Source: an uncultured Acidobacteriota bacterium (GTDB lineage: Bacteria > Acidobacteriota > Thermoanaerobaculia > Multivoradales > UBA5704). From it: a stretch of 64,000 nucleotides of DNA. Of the stretch, positions 10,251 to 19,013 are shown piece after piece. The position numbers and the translations under genes were made by a program. Numbering within the stretch: the first letter of the stretch is position 1; every line of letters starts with the position of its first letter. The notes under the pieces are model-generated. The model was not told the origin of the DNA. It searched no databases and saw nothing but the letters and a program-made list of their open reading frames with translations. Location of the stretch: NCBI GenBank assembly GCA_963792575.1, contig CAWBWZ010000020.1, forward strand, positions 935,788 through 999,787, read 5' to 3'.

Positions 10251-11734
10251 GCCGCACCTTCTTGCCGCCACTCGAAGTCCGCCGCCAAATCGAACAGATC
10301 GGCCATCACCGCCTCGGTCGTGGGCCAGCGTCCGGCGCCATGGGCCGCGATCCTGATCTGGCCTCCACCTTCAAGCTGGACCACCAGGGCGTTGTCCGCG
10401 CCCGCCGTCCACGCGCAGGGGTGGTCCGGCAACAGGACGAGAGGCTGAACGCTGGCCCGCAGCCCACCCTCGGTGCGTTCGCAGGAAGCCACCAGGCGCA
10501 GCCGTCTCCCCCGCCGCGCCGCCTCGGCGGCGGCGCGCTCGTCGAGGTCCGCGATCCCCCGCCGCGGGATGTCTGCCCAGGGCAGGGGAACGCCGAAGGC
10601 TTCCCGGGCGAGAAGCGAGAGCTTCTGCGCCGCGTCCGAGCCGTCGAGATCGAGGGTAGGATCGGCCTCGGCGTAGCCGGCATCGCGGGCCAGCGCTACC
10701 GCCTCGGCGAAGGAGGTGCCGGCCGCGCAGCGGTCGAGAACGAAATTGCAGGTGCCGTTCAGGACCCCGGTGAGCGCCTGGACCCGGCCGGCAGCCGCCG
10801 CCCGCCGCACCGCCTCCAGCGCCGGCAGCGCGCCGCCCACACTGGCGCTGAAACGCAGGGAGACGCCGCGCCGCCGCGCCACTTCCGAAAGGTTTTCCAC
10901 CTCGCCGGCGAGGAGGGCCTTGTTCGCCGTCACCACGTGGCGCCCGCTGTCGAGCGCCCGGGCGATCGATCCATGAGCGGGCTCGCGCCCCCCGAGCAGC
11001 TCCACCACCACGTCGGCCTCGCGCGCCAGCAGCGCCGCGGGATCGTTCGTCAGCAGCCGGCGTGGCACGGCGGGCTCGCGGACGCGGCCGAGGTCCCGCA
11101 CCGCGACCCCGATCACCTGAAAACGTGTGGGGAGGGCGAGGAGACGAGCCAGCACGCCGCCACCCACGGTGCCGCAGCCGAGCAGGGCCACGCGCAGGGG
11201 CGGGCCGGCGACCCCAGGTGGAGCCACGCGGTCCGGACAGGCGGCGCCCAGCTTTGCCGCGAGAAAACGGGCGGTGAGATTCGGACCGATTCGAGTCACG
11301 CGGCCGGCGGGGTCCCGTCCGGCACCGCCGGGGACCACCACGATGGCGCGCTCCAGTTCCTGATGGAGATAGGGGACGTCCACGGCGGCGGGTTCGGCGC
11401 CGAGCCGGTCGTCGCCCTGAGTGACAAGGCCGATCTGGGTGGGATCGAGAAGCGTGGCGGGAAGGCCCGAGCGGTCGAGCGCGAGAGTCAGGAGAGCGGC
11501 CGCGGCCGTCTCACCGGTTCCGAGCAGGGCGGCCAGCCCCTCCCGTTGCGGTGGCAGGCCCAGCTGCTGGGCCCGCTTGAGCAGGTCGTCGGTGGTACAG
11601 CCGAGGGCCGGGACCACCGCCAGGACACGGCGGCCGGCTCGCCACTCGCGATAGATTTCGTGGACGGCGAGCGGCAGATCGGCGTCGGCGCGCGGCGCGG
11701 AGCTGGCGAAATTCAGCACGGAAATCTGATTCAT
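10247..11734 (-). CDS. hom: homoserine dehydrogenase with an N-terminal degenerate aspartokinase-like domain
   Basis: C-terminal 2/3 carries LLGCGTVGGGV (NAD fold), VVTANKALLA and ADPTLDLDGSDAAQKLSLLA. The N-terminal ~170 aa align in pattern to the amino-acid-kinase fold but lack KFGG and GRGGSD. GAGGAGAG SD precedes the start. Confidence 0.8.
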   Translation of the reverse strand: MNQISVLNFASSAPRADADLPLAVHEIYREWRAGRRVLAVVPALGCTTDDLLKRAQQLGLPPQREGLAALLGTGETAAAALLTLALDRSGLPATLLDPTQIGLVTQGDDRLGAEPAAVDVPYLHQELERAIVVVPGGAGRDPAGRVTRIGPNLTARFLAAKLGAACPDRVAPPGVAGPPLRVALLGCGTVGGGVLARLLALPTRFQVIGVAVRDLGRVREPAVPRRLLTNDPAALLAREADVVVELLGGREPAHGSIARALDSGRHVVTANKALLAGEVENLSEVARRRGVSLRFSASVGGALPALEAVRRAAAAGRVQALTGVLNGTCNFVLDRCAAGTSFAEAVALARDAGYAEADPTLDLDGSDAAQKLSLLAREAFGVPLPWADIPRRGIADLDERAAAEAARRGRRLRLVASCERTEGGLRASVQPLVLLPDHPCAWTAGADNALVVQLEGGGQIRIAAHGAGRWPTTEAVMADLFDLAADFEWRQEGAA

Positions 11735-11759
11735 GATTCTCTCCTCTTGATAAAAGCGC

Positions 11760-12932
11760 TCACGCCTCCAGGGCGCGGCGCAGGTCGGCGATGATGTCGT
11801 CGGGGTTTTCGAGCCCGACGGAGATCCGGATCAGGCCGTCGGTGATACCGGTCGCGAGCCGCTGCTCCACCGGCACCGCGGCGTGAGTCATCGAGGCGGG
11901 GTGGGTGACGAGGGTTTCGGCGGCGCCCAGGTTCTCGGCCAGGGCGCAGAGGCGGACGCCGTTCATCACGCGGACGCCGGCCTCCGTCCCGCCCTCGACC
12001 TCGAAGGCCATCAGCGCGCCGCCGCTCCCCTGCTGCCGGCGGGCAAGCTCGTGTTGTGGAAAGGATTCCAACCCGGGATAAAGGATCTTCGTCACCCGCG
12101 GATGACTTTCGAGAAAGCGGGCCACGCGCAGGGCGTTGGCCGAGTGGCGCTCCATGCGCAGCGGCAGCGTCTTCACCCCCTGCAGGGTCAGCCAGGCGTT
12201 GAACGGCGACTGGATGGCCCCGATGGCGTTGCGCAGAAAAGTGAGCTTTTCGTGCAGCTCGGCGTCGCGGGTGATCAGCGCGCCACCCAGGGTGGCGTTG
12301 TGCCCCTCGATGAACTTGGTGGTCGAATGGAGCACGATGTCCGCGCCGAGATCGAGCGGGCGCTGCAGCACCGGCGTCAGTAGCGTGTTGTCCACCACCA
12401 CGACGGCCCCGGCACCGTGGGCGAGCCGCGCGACGGCCTCGATGTCGGTGAGCTTGAGGGTGGGATTGGCGGGCGTCTCGATGAACACCAGGCGCGCCGG
12501 ACGGCGGAGGGACTCCTCCCAGGCGGCCAGATCCGCCGCGTCCACGAACTCGGACTCGACGCCGAATTTGGCGAGGATCTTCTGGAAGAGACGCACGGTG
12601 CCGCCGTAGACCACGTCGGAGAGCACGGCGCGGTCGCCGGCCCGCAGCAGGGCGAGGGCCAGCGCGGCCGTGGCCCCCAGCCCGGTGCCGAAGCAGCTCG
12701 CGTGGTCCGCCCCCTCCAAAGCCGCCAGCCGCCGCTCCAGGGCGCTGACGGTGGGGTTCGCCGTCCGGCTGTAGGTGAACCCCTTGTCGCTCCCCACCGC
12801 CTCCAGCACATAGGTGGTCGACTGATAGATCGGCGTCAGCAGCGCGCCCGTGGCGGGATCGGGATACGCGCCGGCATGGAGGGCGAGCGTATCGAGCGAC
12901 GGATCGGTTTCGAGGCCGAAGGAAATCGTCAT
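11760..12932 (-). CDS. cystathionine gamma-synthase / gamma-lyase family PLP enzyme (first gene of the met operon)
   Basis: YSRTANPTVSALE, DNTLLTP and HSTTKFIEGH motifs. AGGAGA SD before the ATG at 12932 (MTISFG...). Confidence 0.8.
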   Translation of the reverse strand: MTISFGLETDPSLDTLALHAGAYPDPATGALLTPIYQSTTYVLEAVGSDKGFTYSRTANPTVSALERRLAALEGADHASCFGTGLGATAALALALLRAGDRAVLSDVVYGGTVRLFQKILAKFGVESEFVDAADLAAWEESLRRPARLVFIETPANPTLKLTDIEAVARLAHGAGAVVVVDNTLLTPVLQRPLDLGADIVLHSTTKFIEGHNATLGGALITRDAELHEKLTFLRNAIGAIQSPFNAWLTLQGVKTLPLRMERHSANALRVARFLESHPRVTKILYPGLESFPQHELARRQQGSGGALMAFEVEGGTEAGVRVMNGVRLCALAENLGAAETLVTHPASMTHAAVPVEQRLATGITDGLIRISVGLENPDDIIADLRRALEA

Positions 12933-12954
12933 GACTGTCTCCTGAAAAATGATC

Positions 12955-12996
12955 GTGAAAAACAAAAAACCACCGCCGGGGAAGCCGGGCGGTGGT
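12955..12996 (-). terminator. intrinsic terminator (attenuator) inside the met-operon leader
   Basis: Minus strand reads CCACCGCCCGG-cttcc-CCGGCGGTGG followed by TTTTTTGTTTTT, ending about 20 nt before the metB-like start codon. Confidence 0.7.
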
Positions 12997-13028
12997 CTTT
13001 CGCTGGTGAAAGCTGTGAGGTGGGTACT

Positions 13029-13148
13029 CTACAGGATGACGCACCCCGCGTCCGCGAAAAGGCCAGCGCCCGGCGAGCGCATGCTCATGGGCATTCGCGC
13101 GCTCATGGGCGCGCTACAGAGGCCGGCGGTCGCGAAACGGAGCTCCAT
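13029..13148 (-). CDS. candidate Met-rich leader peptide (39 aa) of the met operon
   Basis: MELRFATAGLCSAPMSARMPMSMRSPGAGLFADAGCVIL has 4 Met within residues 15-23. The ATG lies only a few nt after the predicted TSS, so it would be leaderless. The stop is 32 nt before the terminator stem. No SD. Confidence 0.3.
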   Translation of the reverse strand: MELRFATAGLCSAPMSARMPMSMRSPGAGLFADAGCVIL

Positions 13149-13157
13149 CACGGCATC

Positions 13158-13186
13158 AATGTAGGGGGCGTTCACCTTGTTGTCAA
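13158..13186 (-). promoter_or_regulatory. sigma70-type promoter of the met-operon leader
   Basis: Minus strand reads TTGACA, a 17-nt spacer (acaaggtgaacgccccc), then TACATT. Confidence 0.55.
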
Positions 13187-13380
13187 GAGCGAGCCCGCGG
13201 CTTGTTTCTTGCATTCTGTGCACGCCGTAGCACTGAATCGCAGTAGCCCTCAGGGCCGGGAGAAGCGTCTCTTTCCTATACGTCGAGCGGAGCCGTTCGC
13301 ATCGTGCAGACGGGTCGGAGCTGTGCTCAGACTGTATCGGTCTGAGTGGTGACGATCCTTACTCGTAAAGGAGGAAGTAG

Positions 13381-14646
13381 ATGGCGCGTCTGAAGAGAAG
13401 ATTGTCGACAAAATTTTTCATCAGTGTATTTCTGACATTGGTTGTGGCCGTTCCGCTGGTGTACGCCGAGGTGGATGCCCCGACCGGCTTCGACGACCAG
13501 ACCAACGGCTTCAGCTCACAGTTGAAGTTTGAGACGGACCGTGATCAGTTTGAGGAGCGCGAAGACATCCTCAAGGGCCTGGGGCCGGTTTACAACGCGC
13601 AAGCGTGCGCGGAGTGCCACCAGAATCCGATCTCTGGATCTGGCACCCAGTTCAGCGAGTTGCGGGCCGGACGAACCGTGGCCGGCGTCTTCACCGAGCA
13701 TGCTGGCGGATCGTTAATCAACGACCGCGCGATCGATGCCAGAATCCAGGAGGAGGTCTTCGACAGCGACGATACGCGGACCTTCCGCATATCCCTGAAT
13801 GTCCTGGGCGACGGTTTCGTCGAAGCGATCCCTGACGCCGAATTTACGCGCATTCAGACCGACCAGCCAGCCGGAATGAAGGGGACCATCATTTCCGTGC
13901 CCGTACTGGAGGCTTCCCTCAATGGCAGCGTCTTCACCAGGATCGCCCGGTTCGGCTGGAAAGATCAGCACGCGAGTCTAGTCTCCTTCGCGGCGGATGC
14001 CTATCTGAATGAAATGGGGATCACCAGCCCACTCTTCCCGAACGAGAACACATCGAACGGCAACTCCGTCGCGGCTTTCGATATCAAGTCCGACCCCGAA
14101 GACTTGCCGACGACGGAACACCCCTTCGGCAAGGATGTCGAATCTTTCGCCCGTTTCATGCGCTCCACCAAAGCTCCGGATCGCTCTCCGGCAGCGCAGG
14201 ATCCAAACGACCCGAGCTATGCAGATATCCAGGCGGGAGCGGAATTCTTTGCACGCATCAGCGTCGGTGGCATCGGCTGCGCTGACTGCCATACGGATAC
14301 GATCACGACCGCTTTAGCGGGCACTTCCTTCAACGGCGGCATGTTCATCGTCCCCAACGCCCTGGGAGACAAGATCATCCATCCCTATAGTGATTTCATG
14401 CTGCACGACGTTGGAACGGGGGACGGCATCGTCCAGAACGGTGGCCCGGAAACGCGCAACAAGATTCGCACGCCGCCGCTCTGGGGTCTGCGTACTCGCA
14501 CCCGCCTGATGCACGACGGCCTGACACTCACGCGCAAAGACGCCATCGCGCGCCACGCCGGTCAAGCCGCGGGGGTTATCACAAGCTACAACGGTCTGAG
14601 CAACGGGCAGAAGGCCAAGCTCCTCGCCTTCCTGGGCTCGCTGTAG
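13381..14646 (+). CDS. di-haem cytochrome c oxidoreductase/peroxidase-like protein (DUF1111-like), secreted
   Basis: AAGGAGGAAG SD, signal peptide, and two CxxCH haem motifs (CAECH, CADCH). Length and layout match the DUF1111 family. Somewhat lower GC than the flanks. Confidence 0.65.
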   Translation: MARLKRRLSTKFFISVFLTLVVAVPLVYAEVDAPTGFDDQTNGFSSQLKFETDRDQFEEREDILKGLGPVYNAQACAECHQNPISGSGTQFSELRAGRTVAGVFTEHAGGSLINDRAIDARIQEEVFDSDDTRTFRISLNVLGDGFVEAIPDAEFTRIQTDQPAGMKGTIISVPVLEASLNGSVFTRIARFGWKDQHASLVSFAADAYLNEMGITSPLFPNENTSNGNSVAAFDIKSDPEDLPTTEHPFGKDVESFARFMRSTKAPDRSPAAQDPNDPSYADIQAGAEFFARISVGGIGCADCHTDTITTALAGTSFNGGMFIVPNALGDKIIHPYSDFMLHDVGTGDGIVQNGGPETRNKIRTPPLWGLRTRTRLMHDGLTLTRKDAIARHAGQAAGVITSYNGLSNGQKAKLLAFLGSL

Positions 14647-14657
14647 ATCAGTCCGCG

Positions 14658-14687
14658 GACCGGCCGGACCGAAATGTCCGGCCGGTC
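14658..14687. terminator. perfect 12-bp stem hairpin between convergent genes (bidirectional terminator candidate)
   Basis: gaccggccggac-cgaaat-gtccggccggtc. There is no strong T-tract on either side. Confidence 0.45.
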
Positions 14688-14701
14688 GCCCGGGCGGCCC
14701 T

Positions 14702-15145
14702 CTACGACTGTGGAGCCGAAGGTGCCGTGCCGCGGTCGACCTCGGGGGGCAGCGCGACGTCGCCCTGGGAGGCGTTGAGCTCGGTGCGCAGGGTCTCGAG
14801 CTGCCGCAGGTGCTCTTTCTGGGCGTTGACGACCCGCAGGAAGACGTTGGCGGTCTCCTGGTCCACGTCCTGGATCATCTTGGTGTAGAGGATGTCGTTC
14901 TCGTAACGCTCCTCCGAGATGGCGGTGCCGATGTCGGCGTCGGAGCCGCGCACCTGTCCGGCGGCATCGAGCAGCTCGACGGCGAGGACGTCCTTGGCGG
15001 CGGCGAGCTGCTGCCAGCGGCGGGCGACGTTGGGCATGCCGTCCGCTTGAGCGCGGGTGGCGTTGGCGCGGTAGCGCGCGGCGCTCGCGGCCTCGGCGGC
15101 AAAGGCGGCCTTCAGGTGCTCCTGGAAACGCGGGATCCTCGACAC
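14702..15145 (-). CDS. ferritin-like / rubrerythrin-family four-helix-bundle protein
   Basis: GTG start preceded by GGAGGAGAGGAG. AFAAEAASAARYRANATRAQADG...QKEHLRQL resembles rubrerythrin helices, but the metal ligands are only partly conserved. The upstream 167 codons of ORF 14702..15649 are Glu/Gln/Arg-rich low-complexity sequence and are rejected. Confidence 0.5.
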   Translation of the reverse strand: MSRIPRFQEHLKAAFAAEAASAARYRANATRAQADGMPNVARRWQQLAAAKDVLAVELLDAAGQVRGSDADIGTAISEERYENDILYTKMIQDVDQETANVFLRVVNAQKEHLRQLETLRTELNASQGDVALPPEVDRGTAPSAPQS

Positions 15146-15328
15146 GGGTTTTCTCCTCTCCTCCGGTTCGCGATAAGATGCCCTGGCGCTCGTCGGGTAA
15201 GCCTGCCCGCCAGGGGAAAGCCGGGCAATTCTATGGGAGTTGGAGTGGTTGTCCAACCTCGGCGCTTCCCGGCGGCTTTCCGGACCCCGGGAAACTTTGC
15301 CATCAGCACCCCGTAGTGCCTTTCGGGG

Positions 15329-17319
15329 GTGCCTCTTCGCAGCCCCCAGCCTATCCTCGTGAAAGAACGTCTCCGCCGCTTCCTGACCCTCCTCGCGACC
15401 CTCGCGGTCCTGGGTTTCGTGGCGCTGGCGGACATCCCCTACCTGAGCGTCCTCACCCGCGTCCTGCTCGCCGGGGGCGGGGTGGCGCTCCTGATCTGGC
15501 TGCTCTGGCGGGCCTACCGCGCCTTCCTCTGGAAGGTCGGACGCCGGCTCGCCTTCTCCTACTTCCTGCTCGGCGTGCTGCCGATCCCCCTGCTCCTCGT
15601 GCTGCTGGCGGTGCTCGCCTACCTGCTCTCCGGCTTCTTCCTCGGGCATCTCTACCGCGACGCGGTGCAGTCGATGCAGGGGGATCTCGTCGCGGCGGCC
15701 CAGGGGCGCCTCGGCGCCTTCGCCGCCGACGGGCCGCCCCGCCGTGCCGAGGGGGGGGACGTCGTCTTCGGCTACTACCGGGGGGCAAAAAGCTCGCCGG
15801 CGACCCCCGCATGCCCGCCGCCTGGCCGGCCTGGCTGGAGCTGCCGGCGCCGCTGATCCAGCAGGGGAACCGTCTGCGGACGGCCCCGCGCTTCGTCTCG
15901 GTGCCCGGCGGCCGCCCCACCTTGGCGGCGGCGGCCTCGCGCAACGGCAGCGGCGTGGTGGCTCTCTACGCCGGCGACTTCGACGGCGAGCTCAGCCGGC
16001 GCGCCGACGTCTGGACCGAGATGTTCCGCTCGGACGATCCCGACCTCGCCTCCATCGGTCTGGAGGTCCGCGGGCGCCGGGTCCCCCTCCTTCAGCACAC
16101 CCGCAAAGATCAGCAGGCCGCCGACGCGGTGCGCTTCTTCAAGCAGCGCGCGCGCGGCGAGCGCTACTGGGACAAGCCGCTCTTCTGGTGGGGGGAGATC
16201 TCCGGCCCCCTCCTCGACCTCTCGACCGGCCGGCAGGTGACCGACTACGTGGCGGCCAACCTGAACGCCACGGCCAACATCGTGCGCACCCACCTGTTCT
16301 CCAGCGCCGCCGAGATCGACGGCCTCGCCTGGCTCACCCTGCTCGTCGCGGGGTTCCTGCTGTTCGACGTCTACGCCGCCGCGGCGCTGATGGCGGTGTT
16401 CATGATCGTCGGCCTGTCGCGGGCGGTGAACCGCCTGAGCCGCGGCACCGCGGCGGTGCGGCAGGGGGATTTCGGAGTCCGCATCCCGGTGCGCCGCCGC
16501 GATCAGGTGGGGGATCTCCAGCGCTCATTCAACGAGATGGCCGGCGATCTCGAGACGCTGGTGGCGACGGCGGCCCAGAAGGAATCGCTGGAGAAGGAGC
16601 TGGAGCTCGCCCGCAGCCTGCAGAAGAGCCTGCTGCCGGGCGATCTGCCGGCCGGCAGCGGCGTCGAGTTCGCCACCCTGTTCGAGCCCAGCGCCGCGAT
16701 CGGCGGCGACTACTTCGACGTGCTCCGCGTCTCGGAGGACGAGCTGGCGGTGATCATCGCCGACGTCTCCGGGCACGGGCTGTCGAGCGGCCTGCGGATG
16801 GCGATGCTCAAGGCGGCGCTGCTGATCCTGGTCGAGGAGACCCGCGATCCCGAGGAGATCCTCGGCCGTCTCGATGCCGTGGTGCGCTCCAACCGCGAGC
16901 GGCGCTTCTTCGTCACCGCCACCCTCGGCCTTTTCAACCTGCGCACCGGCCACCTGCGGCTGACCAACGCCGGCCATCCGCCCACCTACCGGGTGCGGGG
17001 CGCCGAGGTCGAGGAGATCCTCCTCCCCAGCTCGCCACTCGGCGGCCTCGGCCACAACTACGCCAAGGCGACGCTGACGCTCGAGCCGGAAGACTCTCTG
17101 GTCTGGCTTTCCGACGGCCTGATCGAGGCCACCAACGCGGCCGACGAGCCCTTCGGCTACGACAACGTGAAGCAGGTCCTGGCGGGCGCGGCCGGCGAGA
17201 GCGCGCTCGCGATCCGCAACCGCCTGCTCGCCGCGGTCGAACGGCACACCGCCGGCCACCCCTTGCAGGACGACCGGACGCTGATGGTGATGCGGTGGGG
17301 CGGGGCGGGCTCGCCCTGA
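15329..17319 (+). pseudogene. membrane HAMP-domain PP2C (SpoIIE/RsbU-type) serine phosphatase, with a single frameshift near 15780-15790
   Basis: N-terminal TM region in frame 15329..15856, the rest in frame 15178..17319. The switch occurs at the run ggggggcaaaaag. HAMP motif (RAVNRLSRGTAAVRQGDF). PP2C motifs GGDYFDV, ADVSGHG and TLMVMR. Confidence 0.8.
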
Positions 17320-17340
17320 ACGTTCTCTCGGTCCCGCTGC

Positions 17341-17461
17341 CCGCCCGGGCATCAATGCCCGGGCTACGCTTCAAAAGAAAAGCCGCCTGAAGGCGGCTCC
17401 TAGAGCCGGGTTCACCCGGCTTTTCGTTTCCAGCGTAGCCCGGGCATTGATGCCCGGGCGG
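17341..17461. repeat. composite REP-like palindrome (two GCCCGGGCAT-NN-ATGCCCGGGC hairpins flanking two smaller hairpins)
   Basis: ccgcccgggcatcaatgcccgggctacgct ... agcgtagcccgggcattgatgcccgggcgg. Inner hairpins are gccgcctgaaggcggc and agccgggttcacccggct. Lies between convergent genes. Confidence 0.8.
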
Positions 17462-17472
17462 GGCCGGAGCGC

Positions 17473-18210
17473 CTAAATCCCGGCGATCTTCGCCGTCGTC
17501 AGCCCCAGGGTGCCGAAGATGCGGCGGACGTACTCGCGGGTCTCGCGGTAGGGGGGGATGCCGTTGTAGCGCCAGACGGCATTCTCGCCCGCGTTGTAGG
17601 CGGCGAGGACCTTCGAGAGGTCGTTGGGGAACTGCTCGACGAGCCAGCTCAGGTAGGTGATGCCGGCCTCGATGTTCTGCCTGGGATCGAGCAGCTTCTC
17701 CTTGCGGACTCCGAAGCGCTCGGCGGTCGCCGGCATCAGCTGCATGAGCCCGCGGGCACCCTTGTGGGAGACCGCCCGGATGTTGCCGGACGACTCGGCG
17801 CGGATCAGGGCCGCCACCACCTGGGGATTGATCGAGTGGCGCTTCGCCGCCTCGAAGATCATCGGGCCGTAGGGACCGTCCGGCACCTTGGCCCGGGACT
17901 CCTCGAAATGGAGCGGCACCGAGGCCACCTTGAGCTCCTCGGCCACCTCCTGGACGAGCGACTTCGGCGGCTCGGGCTCGGGGATGACCTCATCCTCGAT
18001 CACCCGGTCGACGCGGTCGATCGGCAGTGTCATCCGCCCGCCAGTGGCGAGTTGCAGGAGCGCCTGGTCGTCGTTGGCCTCGTAGCCCGCCACCTTCATC
18101 ACGCTGCCGTCCACCAGAATCACCAGCTCGGCGCGGGCGGGAACCGCCATGCCGAGGCCGAGCAGAAGGGAGCCGAGAACGAAGAGCGAGGAAGGCCGGG
18201 GGCTATGCAT
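17473..18210 (-). CDS. lytic transglycosylase (SLT domain), exported
   Basis: Signal peptide follows the internal Met at 18210. SLT motifs AESSGNIRAVSHKGARGLMQLMP and AYNAGENAV. Confidence 0.8.
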   Translation of the reverse strand: MHSPRPSSLFVLGSLLLGLGMAVPARAELVILVDGSVMKVAGYEANDDQALLQLATGGRMTLPIDRVDRVIEDEVIPEPEPPKSLVQEVAEELKVASVPLHFEESRAKVPDGPYGPMIFEAAKRHSINPQVVAALIRAESSGNIRAVSHKGARGLMQLMPATAERFGVRKEKLLDPRQNIEAGITYLSWLVEQFPNDLSKVLAAYNAGENAVWRYNGIPPYRETREYVRRIFGTLGLTTAKIAGI

Positions 18211-18396
18211 CAGGGCAAAAATCTCCAGTCCGGTCGTCAGCAGGTCCAACACATTGTACGGAACAGCGGGCGAAAACGCCTAGTGCCCCACGCGGGAATG
18301 TTTGCTCTCAAGAGTTTGCAACCCGAAACGGGGGGCTGAAATTCCATCGGGGGCGGAACGGGCCGCTCCCGGGAAGGGAGCGGCCCAGGGAGCTCC

Positions 18397-18828
18397 TCAG
18401 TAGATCGTGCAGAAGCGCGAGCTGCCGTCGGTGCAGTCCTGGAAGGAGATCGAGTGCCCCCAGTCCCGGACGATGGTGTTCTTGCACTGAGGGCCAGAGG
18501 GGTTGATCGTGAACTCCCACTTGGTCCCGCGCCAGATCTGCTCTCCCCTGGGGTTGGTGATGAACAGGTTGACCGGCTTCGCGAACGTCACCTTCCGCCG
18601 GTCGGGACCGTAGGTCGCCAGGAAGACCTCGGAGCCCTGGAGGTAGTTTGTGGCGCCCGAGATATCGAACCTGGAGAAGCCGCCGTCCACCCCATTGAGC
18701 TCATGCAGGTTGGTGTTGGTGTACGTGCAGTCATAGTAAGTGCCCGCCAGGGGGGCCATATATTGGGCGTGGGCGGACAGGGCGGACGTGGCGGCGAGCA
18801 GCAGGGCGAACAGAACGACCTTCTTCAT
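18397..18828 (-). CDS. small secreted protein (143 aa, 4 Cys), no recognisable family
   Basis: AAGGAGATGAAGTC then ATG. Signal peptide MKKVVLFALLLAATSALSAHA. Sits directly behind a sigma54 promoter. Lower GC than the flanks. Confidence 0.65.
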   Translation of the reverse strand: MKKVVLFALLLAATSALSAHAQYMAPLAGTYYDCTYTNTNLHELNGVDGGFSRFDISGATNYLQGSEVFLATYGPDRRKVTFAKPVNLFITNPRGEQIWRGTKWEFTINPSGPQCKNTIVRDWGHSISFQDCTDGSSRFCTIY

Positions 18829-18898
18829 GACTTCATCTCCTTGCCATCTGAGTGGCGATTGAGGTGATTTCCACCTCGTTGGTTGCGCCGCCCTATAG

Positions 18899-18915
18899 GG
18901 CAAGGGTACTGCCAG
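18899..18915 (-). promoter_or_regulatory. sigma54 (-24/-12) promoter
   Basis: Minus strand reads TGGCAGTACCCTTGC. This matches TGGCAC-N5-TTGC with exact GG/GC spacing and lies about 70 nt upstream of the ATG at 18828. Confidence 0.7.
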
Positions 18916-18997
18916 GTCTAAATGACTGAAAATAAAGGCTGAAGAAAAAACGGCGGTCCTGGGTTCGGGACGAGGGCCGGGCGGGGGGTGGTTTGGA

Positions 18998-19013
18998 GTC
19001 CCGAATTCGGGAC
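18998..19013. promoter_or_regulatory. perfect 16-bp palindrome GTCCCGAATTCGGGAC (candidate enhancer/UAS for the adjacent bEBP, or a 3' hairpin)
   Basis: Centre is about 90 bp upstream of the -24 element. An extra half-site TTCGGGAC lies at 18964..18971. The palindrome abuts the bEBP stop codon. Confidence 0.4.

Noticed and set aside
9027-11794. 473-aa and 510-aa plus-strand ORFs (9027..10448, 10262..11794) across the met operon
   Set aside because: They are antisense to three intact PLP / homoserine dehydrogenase genes with textbook motifs, and their own sequences are Arg/Gly/Pro-rich low-complexity sequence with no motif.
12933-13186. SAM-I/S-box (or other known SAM-class) riboswitch upstream of the metB-like gene
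   Set aside because: I could not find the conserved SAM-I core strings or other class signatures by eye. This needs a covariance-model scan, so the region is reported only as an unclassified attenuator.
15178-15780. First ~200 codons of the 713-aa ORF 15178..17319
   Set aside because: It is a Pro/Arg/Gly-rich out-of-frame read. The genuine N-terminal TM region is in frame 15329..15856 and joins at a homopolymer frameshift.
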